DNA of 61,995 nt, counting the filler, from Catajapyx aquilonaris (lineage: Eukaryota), in NCBI GenBank assembly GCA_000934665.2. It is 3 parts of 3 records of this genome, joined end to end, with 100 filler letters (N's around TTAATTAATTAA, not from the genome) between each part and the next. Parts side by side here need not be neighbours in the genome. Positions count along the whole stretch, not along the records: positions 41,473 to 61,995 come from JYFJ02006243.1; 2 more parts are not named here. One strand, written 5' to 3'. Position numbers and translations under genes: made by a program. Below are positions 47,501-60,331 of the stretch, in pieces (position 1 is the first letter of the stretch; the number at the start of each line of letters is the position of its first letter). The notes beneath the pieces are model-generated. The model saw nothing but the letters and a program-made list of their open reading frames with translations. It was not told the DNA's origin and ran no database searches.

Positions 47501-50500
47501 CGCTGAATCCAATAGATCTTGCTTCAGTACGATCCATATCATGACTGAAGCGAGTAAGATGAGTCGCACCCTATAGAAATTGAAAAAATTGCATATAATT
47601 TGTCGTAATGTATATTGCTGTAGAAGTTGCATATATTAATCAGTGCAAATAAATGCTACTAATGAAGCATTACAAAGAATTCACTTGGTTTGGTTACAGA
47701 TTCAAAGCTATTTTTTCTGTTAATTTTATTGTAATATTTAATGGTTGGCTGTTTATTAAATCACATCTTGTAACTGCCAAACGTTACGGACAGTCCACAT
47801 GATGAAGACTTGCCTTTAGCTTGAAGAATCTCTCCTCGATTGGCAGCTTGTGAACATTGCTCTCTTTGCTGGAGATGTTCCAGTGTCCAGCCAACTGGGG
47901 CTCGGGAAGTGGGATCCTGCAAAGCAGGACAAATGAAGAGGGTGTAATAAAAACGCAACAGTTGTAAAATCGCCTAAAATATTTTTATTGTATACAAAGG
48001 CACCGACTGTATAATACAGTTCTAATAAAATTATGTCCTAGACTCACTCTTTCCCCAGGTTCACATTTGTAGGCTTGGCACCAATTGGGATGCCATACTT
48101 GTGCAGCGTTTTCATCAGGACTTCTCGTGTCTCTTTATTGTACGAGTCGAAATCAAAGACATTACGGATCACATTAGACAGGCCTTCGTCTGGAAATTTC
48201 TGCAATATTCGTATTGTTTGTAAGTACCTGAATTATGTGCATAATTTTCATGCAATTTAAAAAATTAAGTACAGTACCTCTAAATGTCGTACGATGTTGA
48301 CTACCTCTCTGGTGGAATACGGGTAGGGTATGAGCCCTTCATCTGCCATGTTTCTCAGGTCATCAAATGCGGTAATGAGCTTCCTGAGAGTTGCCTCTGG
48401 GACGGAAGGGCCATAGTGACGAAGCAGTGCCATCTCCGAGTCAAAGGTTGGGTTGTCTATCGCATGACAACTAAACAAATCACCTGAGAAGAGAACACAT
48501 TTACAACAAACCAAACATATGCTATCTAGCAGTGTATAACATACCCATCACAGCAAAAAAGTCGTTCCCAAGGAAAGGGAAGCCCGGTCGGTTGGCCAAG
48601 ACTATCATCCGGAAGTCCGGATGCATGACAACAACCTCTTCATTCTGTTCGTTGCCATGGGTCATAGACGGAGGAAGAATCCTTCGCCCATCAGAGAGCA
48701 GCATCTCTCCAGACTCTAGCAGAGTCTACGAAAAGTAAATCCAACGGTCCAGTTGTCCACTTGAATATTACCGGACATAAAACATACCTTGAGAATACAT
48801 GTGACATGTGTAGGAGCTTTGTCCGCCTCGTCCACCACCAGGACATGGCCTGACTTCACAGCCTGAACTAACGGAGAATCCTCGTATATGATCACTCCAT
48901 CTCGAACTGTAGGCTGGAGCGTCAGGGTGTGAACTGTTGTGTCTCTGCCAATTAATGGTATTACATCTCCGTATCTCAGAGAAGTCCTTGAGATTCTCAC
49001 CTATGCAACTGAATATACTCTCGCGGCCTGTTGAGCAAATGCAAGAGCCGATCCACCAGCTTGTTCTTGCCCACTCCTTGGTTCCCCACTAGCAGGAGAT
49101 GCTCACCCAGCATAAAATCTTGTAAAAGGTCCTCAAGCAAGCTCACGTGCTGGCAAAGTTGAAAAGTCGCATGGTACTTCCATTACGTAATTTTATGCCC
49201 AAACAATTTTAAATCTCGTCCAATTCATTCGACAATGTGTTTGGATGAAAATGTCTTCAGAAAAGTGGTATACCATGACGTGTTACACACCTGAGCAATG
49301 TCGTAGAAGAGGACATCTGGCACCTTTGTCTTGGTTTCAGGACTGTACAAAGGTGCCTTAGTCTTTCCGATGATAAGGTGTCCATCCTCAATCTTGTATT
49401 CAACAGGGTGTTCAGACTCTCGCTGTTGCGGCTTCTCAAACCCGCTCTCCTGCAGGGCTTTGTCCAGTGCTTGTTTTGCCAGAGGAGGAAGGAACCTGGC
49501 CAGGCAAGCCTTATTCACAGCCTGTAAGAGTATGCGGGACATCAATATTAAATCCCATTTTAATAGGGTGCGGATAAGCTCACCTCATAAGGAGTTACTC
49601 CTGGATACACATCCATCCGTCTCGCGACTCTAATAAGTTGCCTTAGAGACAATGAAGTTGCTAAGCTTCGCAGGGTTGGATCAGCCGATGACTGCAACCT
49701 GTGGGCAAACTTCACCACCTTTTCCGCCGTGTCTCCAACTGCCCCGCACTTGGCTCGTATTATGTGCATCTCCTCCTGCATGGTAAGTGGCCTCATATGG
49801 TGGTAGAGAAACAAGGAAAGCATTTCCGGACTCAGCCACTTCCCCTTGGTTGCACTGCCTCCCGTTTTGGTTGGAGGCTCTGCGGTTGCTACGATTCTGA
49901 ATGACGGATGTATCCGCAGCACACCCTGGCTGGTGAGGTCTTCTTCCAATAGGCCATGAGTCTGTTGGATCTCATCATAGCGGTCATGGCGAAGAAGACG
50001 AGTACCATCATACAACTGAACTTCACGGTCGTGAACCAGTCTGCAAAATCAGGCATCACTTTGAAACTATCAACAATGTTGCAGATCTATATCATGGTAA
50101 AAAACACAAACCGACCTGTGTATGACTGCCAACGACGAGGGATGAACATGATGTAGCCCATCCAGCACAGCCATCCTCCCCTGAAGTGCAGCCGTGACTA
50201 AAGGAGCATGCCTCCAAACTGTGTCACCATTGGGTAGTGTAGCCCTCTGCTGCAGCAGATCTCGTGCAGTCATATCCTGATAAAGTGCGATAGGCTCCAG
50301 TCTGTATCCGAGTGTTCTGGCCAGGCGTGAAACAGCAGCACTCTTTCCACATCCTCGTGACCCAATCAAGCACAGGTCGCTTAGCGAGTGAGACTGGATC
50401 ATCTCGCCCAGGAGAGAGTCGTGAAGAGGAGTGGACACAAAGTCCGACGGAAGTGTGGCGTGAGGTGTGGAATGGCTTCCAGCAGGAACCTGCAGTTGAA

Positions 50501-53500
50501 AGATTCCTATTATGCTGCGGATATAAGCGGGATGAGCAACATGGTTCAGAAAAACTTACAATGACATTCGCCGTGGTCCCGAAACAAGTTAGGTTAACCT
50601 CAGCCGCTCCAGGATTAGGACATGTCACCTCCACCACATTGAAGCCCTCCTCGGGTGGAAACGACTGCGACTTGGTTTCAGGCAGAAGCTCAAACTTGGC
50701 CAGCGCATCATCCACAATGTTCTGACCTTCCTTCGGCAGGAAGCAGTAGTACGGATACAGACGGTAGAACACATGCAGCGGCGGGCACGACGGAAATGTG
50801 TTCTGGAATAACACCAATCAATAAGAAACATAATTGCACTTAAGCAAATACATTACCAGCATCCGGACAACTCTAGGCAGATTATCCACTGGGAAATCCG
50901 GCAGCCCCAACGAAGATGCCTCGGGTGACATTAGCGCATAGATGCAAGACAGCAATCGGCTCAGATTGCCTGAACTCACTCTTGGTGCAAGTTGCATCAA
51001 AGTCTGCAGCTGTTCCTGTAATTACAACACAATTAATTAATCACAAGTTATGAATGTGGCAGTACATACAAAAAAAAATATATGTCCACCGCATTGTACC
51101 ATCGCATCGGCACGACTGGTAGCAAAATTAATATTTGCCAAAAAAAATAATGTCGTCCAATTTTCCACTCACATTTCCCCCCATTACGTTTACCCCAGAT
51201 TAGATCAGCAAATAAATGCCAAAAGTTCTTGACCCCAGTGCGATTTGGGTTCCCATTAAATCCACTCCACTTATAGCAATCCAAAAACTGCTCCGGCTCC
51301 ACCTAAAATTACAGTCCACCTTTGCGTCGAAAATCAGTTGGCCCAAAAAACGACCCCGGAGTCCACGGTTCTCATGGTACCGGACCGCTGATTGCACAAC
51401 CTCAACGCCGCAAAATTACTCCCCTTGGAATCTAAAGAAAAACCACCTAATTGCGCTGTGTGCGGAGGGAGAAAAAAAGGAGATTTATGTTCAGGTCTAG
51501 GGAGGGAGGTCTCTAGATGACAAAAAGGTTTGACACCATCGATGGCTTCTAATGCATCAAGATAATGCGACCTGGGGTATTAAACCTTTCTCAAAAAGAA
51601 AAAAAAATGTGATAAATTGTCAAAGATGCATATTACGGCCTTTTGTGGCATCATCTATCATCCGGTAATAGCAGCCTCGCAGCGTGTCCTTTAACATTTA
51701 ACAAGTGATGCGAATTAACCTCAGGTCACATCAGGTGATGTGCGCCAAGGATCAAAATTGACCTAAATAATAATTATACTGTAAATAAATAACAATTTGC
51801 CTAATGGCAGGTGTTGAATGATAATAATGCCTGTAAAATTGATATTTTAAACATTTTACAAAAATAAAAATAATCATTAAAAATGGTAGATATGTGTTTA
51901 TGAAATGAAAAAAACATCTGTGATTATTTTGCAAAATATCAAATCAATTGGAAAATTAAATTGATATAACTCCATTTATATTTAAAGGTAAAAAATCATC
52001 CAGTTTTGCACCATCAAATATTTAATAAAACTAATTAAAATCCAATTAAATTACACCACTTTTATTTAAATTAAATTAAATTAATACATAAAATATTTTT
52101 AAAAGTTAAAATCTCCTGCTGACCTCCCCACGGATCAATTATTCCCAAGCCCCTTTACAATTATTCGCATCCACCGCAAACGCTTTTTGAGTCCACTTGA
52201 AGCGATACAATTAACCTGTTGGAAAACCACCCCTATTAAATCCCCCTATGGTGGGGTGGATGGAGGTTCAGGTAATGAGAAATGCGATAATCCCCATAAT
52301 GAGTGGGGTCTCCCAGACTTTGTACCTGATACCTCGTACCTCCAATTTTGGACCTGCTGACCTCGTGATCGCAGAGATAAAAATTTGGTTCCAAGCAAAG
52401 TCCAATGATGGGAAAAACCCTTTTGGAGATACGGGTATTAATTAGTGTACTAACATGGGTAAAAACTTAAAATTGGTTTCACGTATACGGTACTTGAAAG
52501 CAAAGAGTGGGTTTAAAAATAGGATGTATAGACGAAAATAAAAACTGGTTTTTCGACATTAAAACTGGCCGTTTACCATTAAATATTGTGAGTTTTATAC
52601 GGCTAACAATACTTGTGCCGCCGCCGCAGGCGAAAGAACGTTATTGTGGCTTTGCCAATATGTGTACACAAACGTTATTGTGGTTTTGCAATATCAGTAT
52701 TTTTAAAATATTGAAAATTTGTATTAAAAAATTGAAAAGGCTGCTCGTTGCTTTGTACTCACTGTAGTACATGCGTGTTTAGTTACACAAACCAAATTTC
52801 ATTACATGATGGCCCCGTTTTTTGACCGTTAAGATTAATGTCACGCCATATACATTGACGCATGACTGACATATGAAAGGTACTCATTTGACAAACTTTT
52901 TTTTGAGGAGTGGTGGTGGTGGGCAAAGATCGCATCTGATTGGTCACAGCCACAATTATCCCCCGAACTGCGCATGCTCGCAGGACCAACCGGACATAAC
53001 ACATGTCAAACAAAACCACGATGCTTGCGTCGCGACTGTCCAGTTCAGCCCCAGAACACCGTCCGAAAAAAAATATTTACCGGACACTGCAACATTGTGA
53101 CCACTTTTATTTTTTGGGGGGGTTAGGAAATGAAAAGGATGGGTTCGACCCCGTGGAAAATTTTGTGCACGCAGAGCATTTTGGGGAAGTCACGACATCG
53201 ACCCGATGAATCCTCCCATGCCTGTTTTTGTGTGTCCCCTTCCCCTCAGAAAGTCAATCAATGAAGGACCCTGAATAATATCCGGGTCATTTGTGTTCCC
53301 CCCCCCAAAAAAAAATTTAAATGTAAAAATCGTCGTCGTTGTGGTCCACGGTCATACGAAGGTGTCAACTGCCCCCAGGTATGTACCGCAACTATTTGGT
53401 TTGCCAAGGTTTGAAATGCACGGTAGTCACGGAAGCAACATTATCACCATGCTACATATTAAGTGTCAAAATATTGTCCCACTCAACCAGTACAGACTGA

Positions 53501-56500
53501 CCTTTGACCTTCAGTTGATGACACTTAAAATGTTATTATATACAGTGTATTGTAGAATTGTTTGTCCACATTTGTTAATTTGGTTCTACATATTTGTAAG
53601 TTTGTGTGTCCAGGTTTGTTTGCTCGTTTGTCCAGATATATTTTCTCGTTTGTCCACATTAGATCGTTTGTTTACATTTGTTTGTGTTTGTCCATATTTG
53701 TTCGTTTGTGTCCAGGTTTGTTTGCTTGTTTATTCAGATCTGTTTGATCGTTTGTCCACGTTTCATCGTTAGTTAGTCCATATTTGTTCGGTTTATTGTC
53801 CATATTTATGTCCAGATTTGCTTCTTTGTTCATCCAGTTTGTACTACAACAATTAAAATTAAGTTCTAGCTGTCCTATAGCTATTCAGACAAAATGAAGC
53901 CATCATCACGTCCATCAAAAACACCTCTTAATGAACCCCCCATTGTTCTCCCAACACTGGACAGATTTTCCCGCCCGAGCCATCTTTTTTCCCACGTGGA
54001 TGGGTCCCAAATCGTTGGGTATGGACGTCCAAAAGCTCTTTGAATAGCCCCCGAGATCGATCCATCGGGACAAGTTATGTGGGAGAAAAGGCGTCGACAA
54101 AATGCCTCTATTCATGGGAACCTGGGGCCCATTTCCTTTTCGATTAAAAAATGTATCAACCCACCAACAGACACCTTTTGTTGCGAGATGGGTCCAATAA
54201 TCAGTAATTTTGTCAACTGTGCAGGCCACTAATGGAGTGACAATGTCTTTCGGTTGGGAGAGCGCTCGGAGACCCGTCTTCGTCAGGACCGTCCTTCTTG
54301 ACGGGGTACGTCACGCCATACTTCACTCAGACGACCCGGTTTTAAGAAGGTCAACGTCTTCGGCACGGAAGAAACCAAAGTCCGCACCACCCAGGCCTCC
54401 GACAGGTCCGCTTGTACGAAGATCTTGTCAATGTTCTACTGTTTATTACTTTGGCACTAATTGCAGGACCTCCTCGAAGTGCATCAAAGTCATCGTCGTC
54501 ATCAACAACCGGTTCAGAGCTAGAGTCATGCCTGGTCAGTCTGAGTCTACCACAGTCCACATACAGCATATCGTCATCATCGTCAGCCAGCTCCGATGAC
54601 CTCAGACACCACCGACGTCTTGAGCTGTGGGAACCACGTTCGTCGCAACCGGACGACGTACCTGTACCGCCCCCAGTACCACCTGAGCCTGAACCTCCAG
54701 CTGAAGACCCTCCAGAAGCAGTGGTACGTCTTCTGGACAACCATGGACGAGGCAACAGTATCCGCTTCCTGGAGGACGATGAGGTCAGCAACCCACTGGC
54801 CGAACGTGTCCTCCAGTGGCTCAACCTGGAGATTAAGAAGGCCGAACCAACCGGTGTGGCACACCCGTTCTTCCGTACCAGGGACACCACCAAGAAGAGG
54901 AAAAGACCTAAGGTGACCCAAATCAGGTCAACAGAGAGGAGGCCCAACAATCGGGTACCATCCCGAGTGAAAGAATCGAACCAACCTGACTTCTTCCAAG
55001 TGCGACACAGCAAGAGGAAGCAGGTACACATATTTGTACCACTGGACGACATACACGTCGAGAGTGACCAAGAGACCTACTTAAGTGAATCACCATGACT
55101 TGGATGAACAAAGGACCAGATAGTGTCGTGTCCAATCGCACGATATGTCCGCAAAAAAAATACCGCTACAAGTGTGGACAAAAGTGCAGGAAATAACAGG
55201 TGATCTTTACTACGCGGCGAAGTGGCAAATCCACAATAACATTCGTACATCTAAGCGCCCAATTCCGACATTAAATGAAATTATCACGCTAATGGACGAA
55301 CCCTACCTGGCGGGGCCACAAACACCGGAAGTCCCGCCACTTCGTCGCGTAGTAAAGATCAGCCGAAATTTTAGCGGTCACAATATAACCTGACATAACT
55401 TGATGACATATTTTTCAAAGCTCCACACTAAACTAGCAGTGACCCTGATAGTTGTCCCCATTGGACCGTACAAGTGCACAGCAATGCGACACTTTTTACC
55501 ACCACCCCCCTGTATCCGGAAGCCCAACTAATTTACACCAATCATGCAAAGGCTATCAGTCCATCTCTTCTCGGAATCACCCACATGACCTCCGCTCCAA
55601 TCAATCTTACACACTTGTTTTCTTTCCATGACAAACTTTACTCAATAAAAACTCAACCAACTATACTAGTAGTGACTCCTATCGGTGTCAGGGTGTCGAT
55701 TGTACCGACTCTTCCTGACCATTCAATATATCCCATCCTCTACATATTTTTGTGTCTTTGTCATTCTTCCGTCATTTTTTGGGGGGGACACGAGCGTGGA
55801 CAATTAGAGTTTCCCTCTCACCTTCTTTTGAATCTCCAACACGAAGTCACTCCTTGACCAATTTATCTTTTTTAAGCTCTAGATGGCGCAGTACTGGGTT
55901 TTATAGTCCGATCGGCCACGCATGTCCCGAGTTAAGTCCGCCTTTGTGAAGTGCAAGCAAATTGTTGGGTCACGGAAATGATACCGATGCGCCATAGTGA
56001 TTAATGGACGGTACTTCCTGAATTGATTTCATCCCGACCTGTGAGGCCATAACTGATGATATCGAGTGATCGTTGTGAACAAAATTTATTAATATTATAA
56101 ATATAATTGAACAATGGAATCAGAAAACAGGTTACGTTACACCGAAAATATCATGCATTTAATTACATACATAAAAATAATACAATATGAGAGTTTTCGA
56201 TGTAACATAACCCGTTTTCTGATTCCATGGTTCAAATAAAATTGTCATTAAATTTTATTTCCACACTATATTTATCCAAAACGCTGTTCCTAATGATGCG
56301 ACTCATCCTTCCAAATGTTTTTGCGCAGAATTTTCCATAGCTAGATATCACGCTAAGAATAGATACAGACCCATAAAATTTTATTCACTTCTACCATTTA
56401 AGCCCCTAGAACTGAAAAAATGACCGATTTTTATTGCGTTGATGAGCGCCATTTGCATCAATTCCCAAGCCTCCATCACCATTAAAACCACTTTTTTTTG

Positions 56501-57933
56501 TCTCCCAAAAAGTTTCTTTTCCATGCAAGTAATGAGTGTACTTAGCTTTTTTTTTTTACAATTAACTCCAGTTCCAGCCCTCGTTTCTCATCAAATAAAA
56601 CCCTCCCCTGGTTTTCCATTAACCCGATAATGATCTAAGTGCATCAACTTCCAACAGGAAATAAAAGCACTCAAGTTGGTTACAAAAATTTTCTAAAAAT
56701 ACACAAATTTTTGAACGTATATCGTGACTCGCCCCCAAAAAATGAAGGATCCGGAAATTAACTGTTAGTTTATATCGACAAGACTTGGCTTTCCAATCAA
56801 GAATTCCATTATCTTTTCGTTAGGAAGGACCCTAACCGAGCGAGAGAAATTATTTCGATACGTTGGACAAAAATTGGTTTTTATTTTTGGACTTAAAAGT
56901 GTGCCAGGAAGGACTAGGATTGGTGCCAAAAATGTCATAACTGTAAGTTATATATTTGTCATTCAAAAATTAGATCGACTTGAGTGAACACTTCGCCAAA
57001 ATGTGAAAAAACTGCCGCCCTGGGGAACTGTCCAGGTAGAACCACACCCCTCACATAGATGGCGCGACTGATGACTCACCGCGGACAAACACTGCCATAG
57101 ACGTTCCCAATTCTATATATAAAATAATAGTAAGTAGTCAAACTTTTACTCTCAAAGAAAGTAAAATGACTTCGCGTGTCCGGATAAACTGTCCGATATT
57201 TATGGAAGGCCAACGGTTGTAAATACCAGGAAAATTCGTATGGACAAAAATAAATGCGTGAGTAAAGAAACGGTTGATGGCAAGACCTTCTCCTTGTCAA
57301 CCGGGCGTGGGAATCGGAGCTTTCTAAAACCACCGACTCTTTTCCGTGTAGATAAATTGCACCGATAGCCTGCAAATTACCCATAGGACGCGTCCCGCTT
57401 AATGGCTTGTAATTATTAAGCCCACTGGTATAGCAGAGGGGAGAACTTTTTGGATGGTGGTCGCAACGTGGTATTGCTTGGACACTAGTCACTAGGTGCC
57501 AACATGTTATATTGTTATGACTAGCTGACATTCATAATTATGTGATATGTCCATCATAAACCGTATTTAACACAGTAATGAAAAAAATTCTCGGACACAT
57601 GGTGGATCAACCATTTAAAATTTTAATATTACATATCATCAATATTGTGATTCATTAGCACAATATTATTATTCACTAAAATGGAGCACTCGAAACATGC
57701 TGGATATCTTCTTCACAAGAAATTCAAGGTACCAGACTCATGCAACATGCACAAGCCATGCGACCTACCTTGAATGGCGGAAGGTCCACATCCCGAGCTT
57801 GGAAGCGTGACCTCAAAGGTGGGTCCAGAGGGTTGCCCATGTACCTGGGCACAGGTAGGCCCAAGGCAATTACCCGGAAGTCTTCACTCACCCTCACCAG
57901 TTTCCACCTGTCCAGGTCAGCTTTAGAGTGCTC
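44569..57933 (-). CDS. VWA8: von Willebrand factor A domain-containing protein 8 (AAA ATPase modules plus C-terminal VWA); 5' exons outside the window
   Basis: 21 exons: 57933-57769, 51015-50857, 50802-50560, 50489-50116, 50040-49584, 49521-49291, 49149-49001, 48944-48788, 48725-48545, 48483-48278, 48199-48048, 47916-47814, 47570-47432, 47371-47163, 47105-46944, 46872-46730, 46667-46170, 46111-45927, 45835-45054, 44993-44755, 44677-44569; phases consistent, 1680 aa. Walker A GSRGCGKS and GNQGVGKN, Walker B LVVDEAD, PHVGGGTWAGGTGGRGTAGLGGAGGPYRLDAGH, MIDAS DVSGSM. Confidence 0.95.
53555..53840. repeat. Degenerate T/G-skewed repeat tract (TTTGTCCA units)
   Basis: Repeated TTTGTCCA(C/T/G)A units. 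The 20-mer TGTGTCCAGGTTTGTTTGCT occurs at 53605 and 53707. Confidence 0.7.
54243..55098 (+). CDS. Uncharacterised Ser/Pro-rich basic protein (about 264 aa), two coding exons, nested antisense in a VWA8 intron
   Basis: Exon 54243-54405, 61-nt intron (AG|GTCCGC...CACTAATTGCAG|) and exon 54467-55098 join ORFs 54210-54599 and 54412-55098 in frame (795 nt). The donor is weak. An upstream acceptor at 54223 suggests another exon. Confidence 0.7.
56107..56235. mobile_element. Palindromic MITE-like element (129 bp)
   Basis: 42-bp inverted arms TTGAACMATGGAATCAGAAAACRGGTTAYGTTACAYCGAAAA (4 mismatches). ATAA on both flanks. Confidence 0.75.
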
Positions 57934-58289
57934 CTGAATAGAAAAAAAAGAGAAGAGAAAAAATTTGCTGGGTTTATTTGTGCCACTTTCGGGTATAAAA
58001 TGTATAAGGTATAATTATACAGTAAATTCCCATGTCCAATACAAAGCATGTCATTATGATAAATGCCAGATTATGAGTGGTTCATTCACTGCAAATTATT
58101 CCTCACTTTACACCAAAGTCTGATATTTAATGACCTATCTCCTATCACCTATCTACAACATTTTCATTATTTTATTCAGAAAGTGACAATAGAAAATGAG
58201 AAAATGGAGATTTTAGGCATCCACACACTTCACAAGACCAATGGTCAACTTCACCAGGCCTCTTCCACTTAAAACACAATTTTTTGTAG

Positions 58290-59565
58290 TGCAGTGGATA
58301 ATATCTGCAAAGAGGATTAGGGTGGATTATCCGTGAGTAGGATTAAAATGACAGCATGGATTATTCACTATAGTTTTATCCACTGTGGTTAGAATTGATC
58401 TAGTGTGTGGCTTATTCACTACGAGAATCTATCTACATGGTGGACAACAGGGCATGATGCTGGCTAGAAGGGTTTATCCAGTGTTGTTCATTTACAACCA
58501 GAATCAATCCAACATGTGGATTATTTCCTGGAGGCTTTATCCACTATGTAAGGCAATAACCTCCAAGAGGATATATCTGGAATGTGGATTATGCATTATA
58601 TAGTTTTATCCCTTGAATGTGTAAATTACGCAAGGTGAAGTCATTCACTGCACAGATTATTTGCAACCTAGTGAATAAGCCACAGTTGGATTATTCACAA
58701 GGATTTAATATGCACAGGTGGGTAAGATCCACAAGAAGGAATATTAACAACACCAAGGATTATCCACTACTAGGATTAAATCAATCTGGGCAGGTTTATC
58801 CACAATGTTGATTATTAGGTGGGATGATGATGATGATGATGATGAAAAATAATAATATAATATCAGTTACCAAGGGTGACCAGGCTGATAATGCGAGCTA
58901 AGGAGACATATCCACTCCATTATTGTGAATAATCCACCATGCTCACGATTAAACATGTGGTTTAATCCCCTGTGTGACCTTGCATATCATTGCCATACAA
59001 CTGAAATCCACTGTTCAATTTTGCTGGTTTTGAGATATTCATACCATTAAGAAGTACTTTTCTTCTTCAATTGCCTGGTTCAGTCCATTTAGTCATAAAG
59101 ATCCATAATGAGCTAGCAATCCAGAATTTTATGTATTGATTAGCATGTTACAAACAAGTGCAAGGTCAAAAAAATTTGCCTTGAGTTTTGCGAAACTGGT
59201 ATTTTGGTCCTAGTAGATTTCACTGGTATGCCTGTGATAACTGTAATATCTACAAGCAGGATTTATCGCCAACACATATTATCCGAAACCAGATTTAATC
59301 CATGATCTGGATAATCCACAGGAAGTAAAGCAATCAGGTGCAGATGTGTTCCAAATGTGCACCAAAAACATACTGATAACACTAAGCTAGGAAATTTTTA
59401 ACAATTTCTGTGACCTAATTTGAGTGGGTTGATTTCAAATCCACTCTCCATATTTCTGTATCATGTACAGTTTTCTAGCAATAATTTGATTAAACACACT
59501 GTGCTACCGACTATCCATGCTACTGCACAGGTGTCAGTGGATAATTTAAAAATACGGATAATCGA
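58290..59565. repeat. Dispersed array of degenerate palindrome GTGGATWATYCAC
   Basis: About 15 or more variants at irregular spacing and in both orientations (58294, 58322, 58357, 58374, 58407, 58517, 58536, 58584, 58671, 58688, 58756, 58794, 58925, 59308, 59537). Confidence 0.7.
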
Positions 59566-59650
59566 AAAATGATCCTAGACACCTTAAAATGAGCTATTCA
59601 CAGGTTTTTAATGCACTACTGTGCATAGTGTGTGCTGCTTTAAAGGTTTA

Positions 59651-60138
59651 CCGTATTTACTCGCATATTAGACGCACACGCGTATAAGACGCACCCCGGT
59701 TTTGAGGCGAAAAATCGTGGAAAATCGGTTGTTGACTCATGTAAGACGCACCCAGATTTATTGCCGTAGTTTGGGAACTGGCCTCGAGCTGCCGGCAGCA
59801 ACCTCGTGTGCAATGCATGTGCGTGTGGAAATGGGACAATGCTACGCATCTGAAACGTATAGGTGGCAAGGTCACACCGGAATTGTGCACGTGTGTGGAC
59901 GGGGAGAGCATAACAATGGAAGTGAAGGAGAAACGCACTTCAAGAGGAAAGTGATCAACTGTGCTGACAGGACATCAAACCGACAAGCTTAAATTTTTCA
60001 ATAAACGATTTTCACGATTTCTCACGGGTTTCACCCGTTATGCCCTGCCGTATAAGATGCACACGCGTATAAGACGCACCCTACTTTTTGAGCTCCAAAA
60101 ATCGGAAAAAAGTGCGTCTTATATGCGAGTAAATACGG
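59651..60138 (+). mobile_element. pogo-family internally deleted element (488 bp)
   Basis: 27-bp TIR CCGTATTTACTCGCATATWAGACGCAC (1 mismatch), TA duplication and subterminal TATAAGACGCACCC repeats. Remnant peptide ETHFKRKVINCADRTSNRQA resembles the N-terminal DNA-binding helix of pogo transposases. Confidence 0.88.
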
Positions 60139-60331
60139 TAATCAAATAATGAAAGTTACCATAGATTTTTAGTACTCTTCTAAAAAAAGCCTGTTGTTGC
60201 TTGCAAAACGGAAAAGTTGTTGCTTGCAATACATTTACATTTTTTTCCTTTTATCATCTAACTTTATTTTTTTTGACAATGCACAGATAGTCTGAAACAA
60301 GGATATATCTGCACCCAGATAATTGGGAGTA

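Noticed and set aside
55880..57065. TAGATGGCGC CTCF-like words at about 55880 and 57055
   Set aside because: Short partial matches that cannot be supported without binding or conservation data.
57068..57095. CTGATGA as a hammerhead ribozyme core (also at 19613 and 29351 on the minus strand)
   Set aside because: No stem II followed by GAAA in the required position.
25064..57933. DCXR, sas, transglutaminase, oxygenase and VWA8 as one functional cluster
   Set aside because: An artificial linker separates them, and no shared pathway is evident from the sequence.
58290..58810. TTATCCAC(A) cluster as bacterial oriC DnaA boxes or a CRISPR-like array
   Set aside because: It lies among animal MITEs beside a spliced VWA8 exon. 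I saw only one full TTATCCACA, the spacing is irregular, and no bacterial genes are present.
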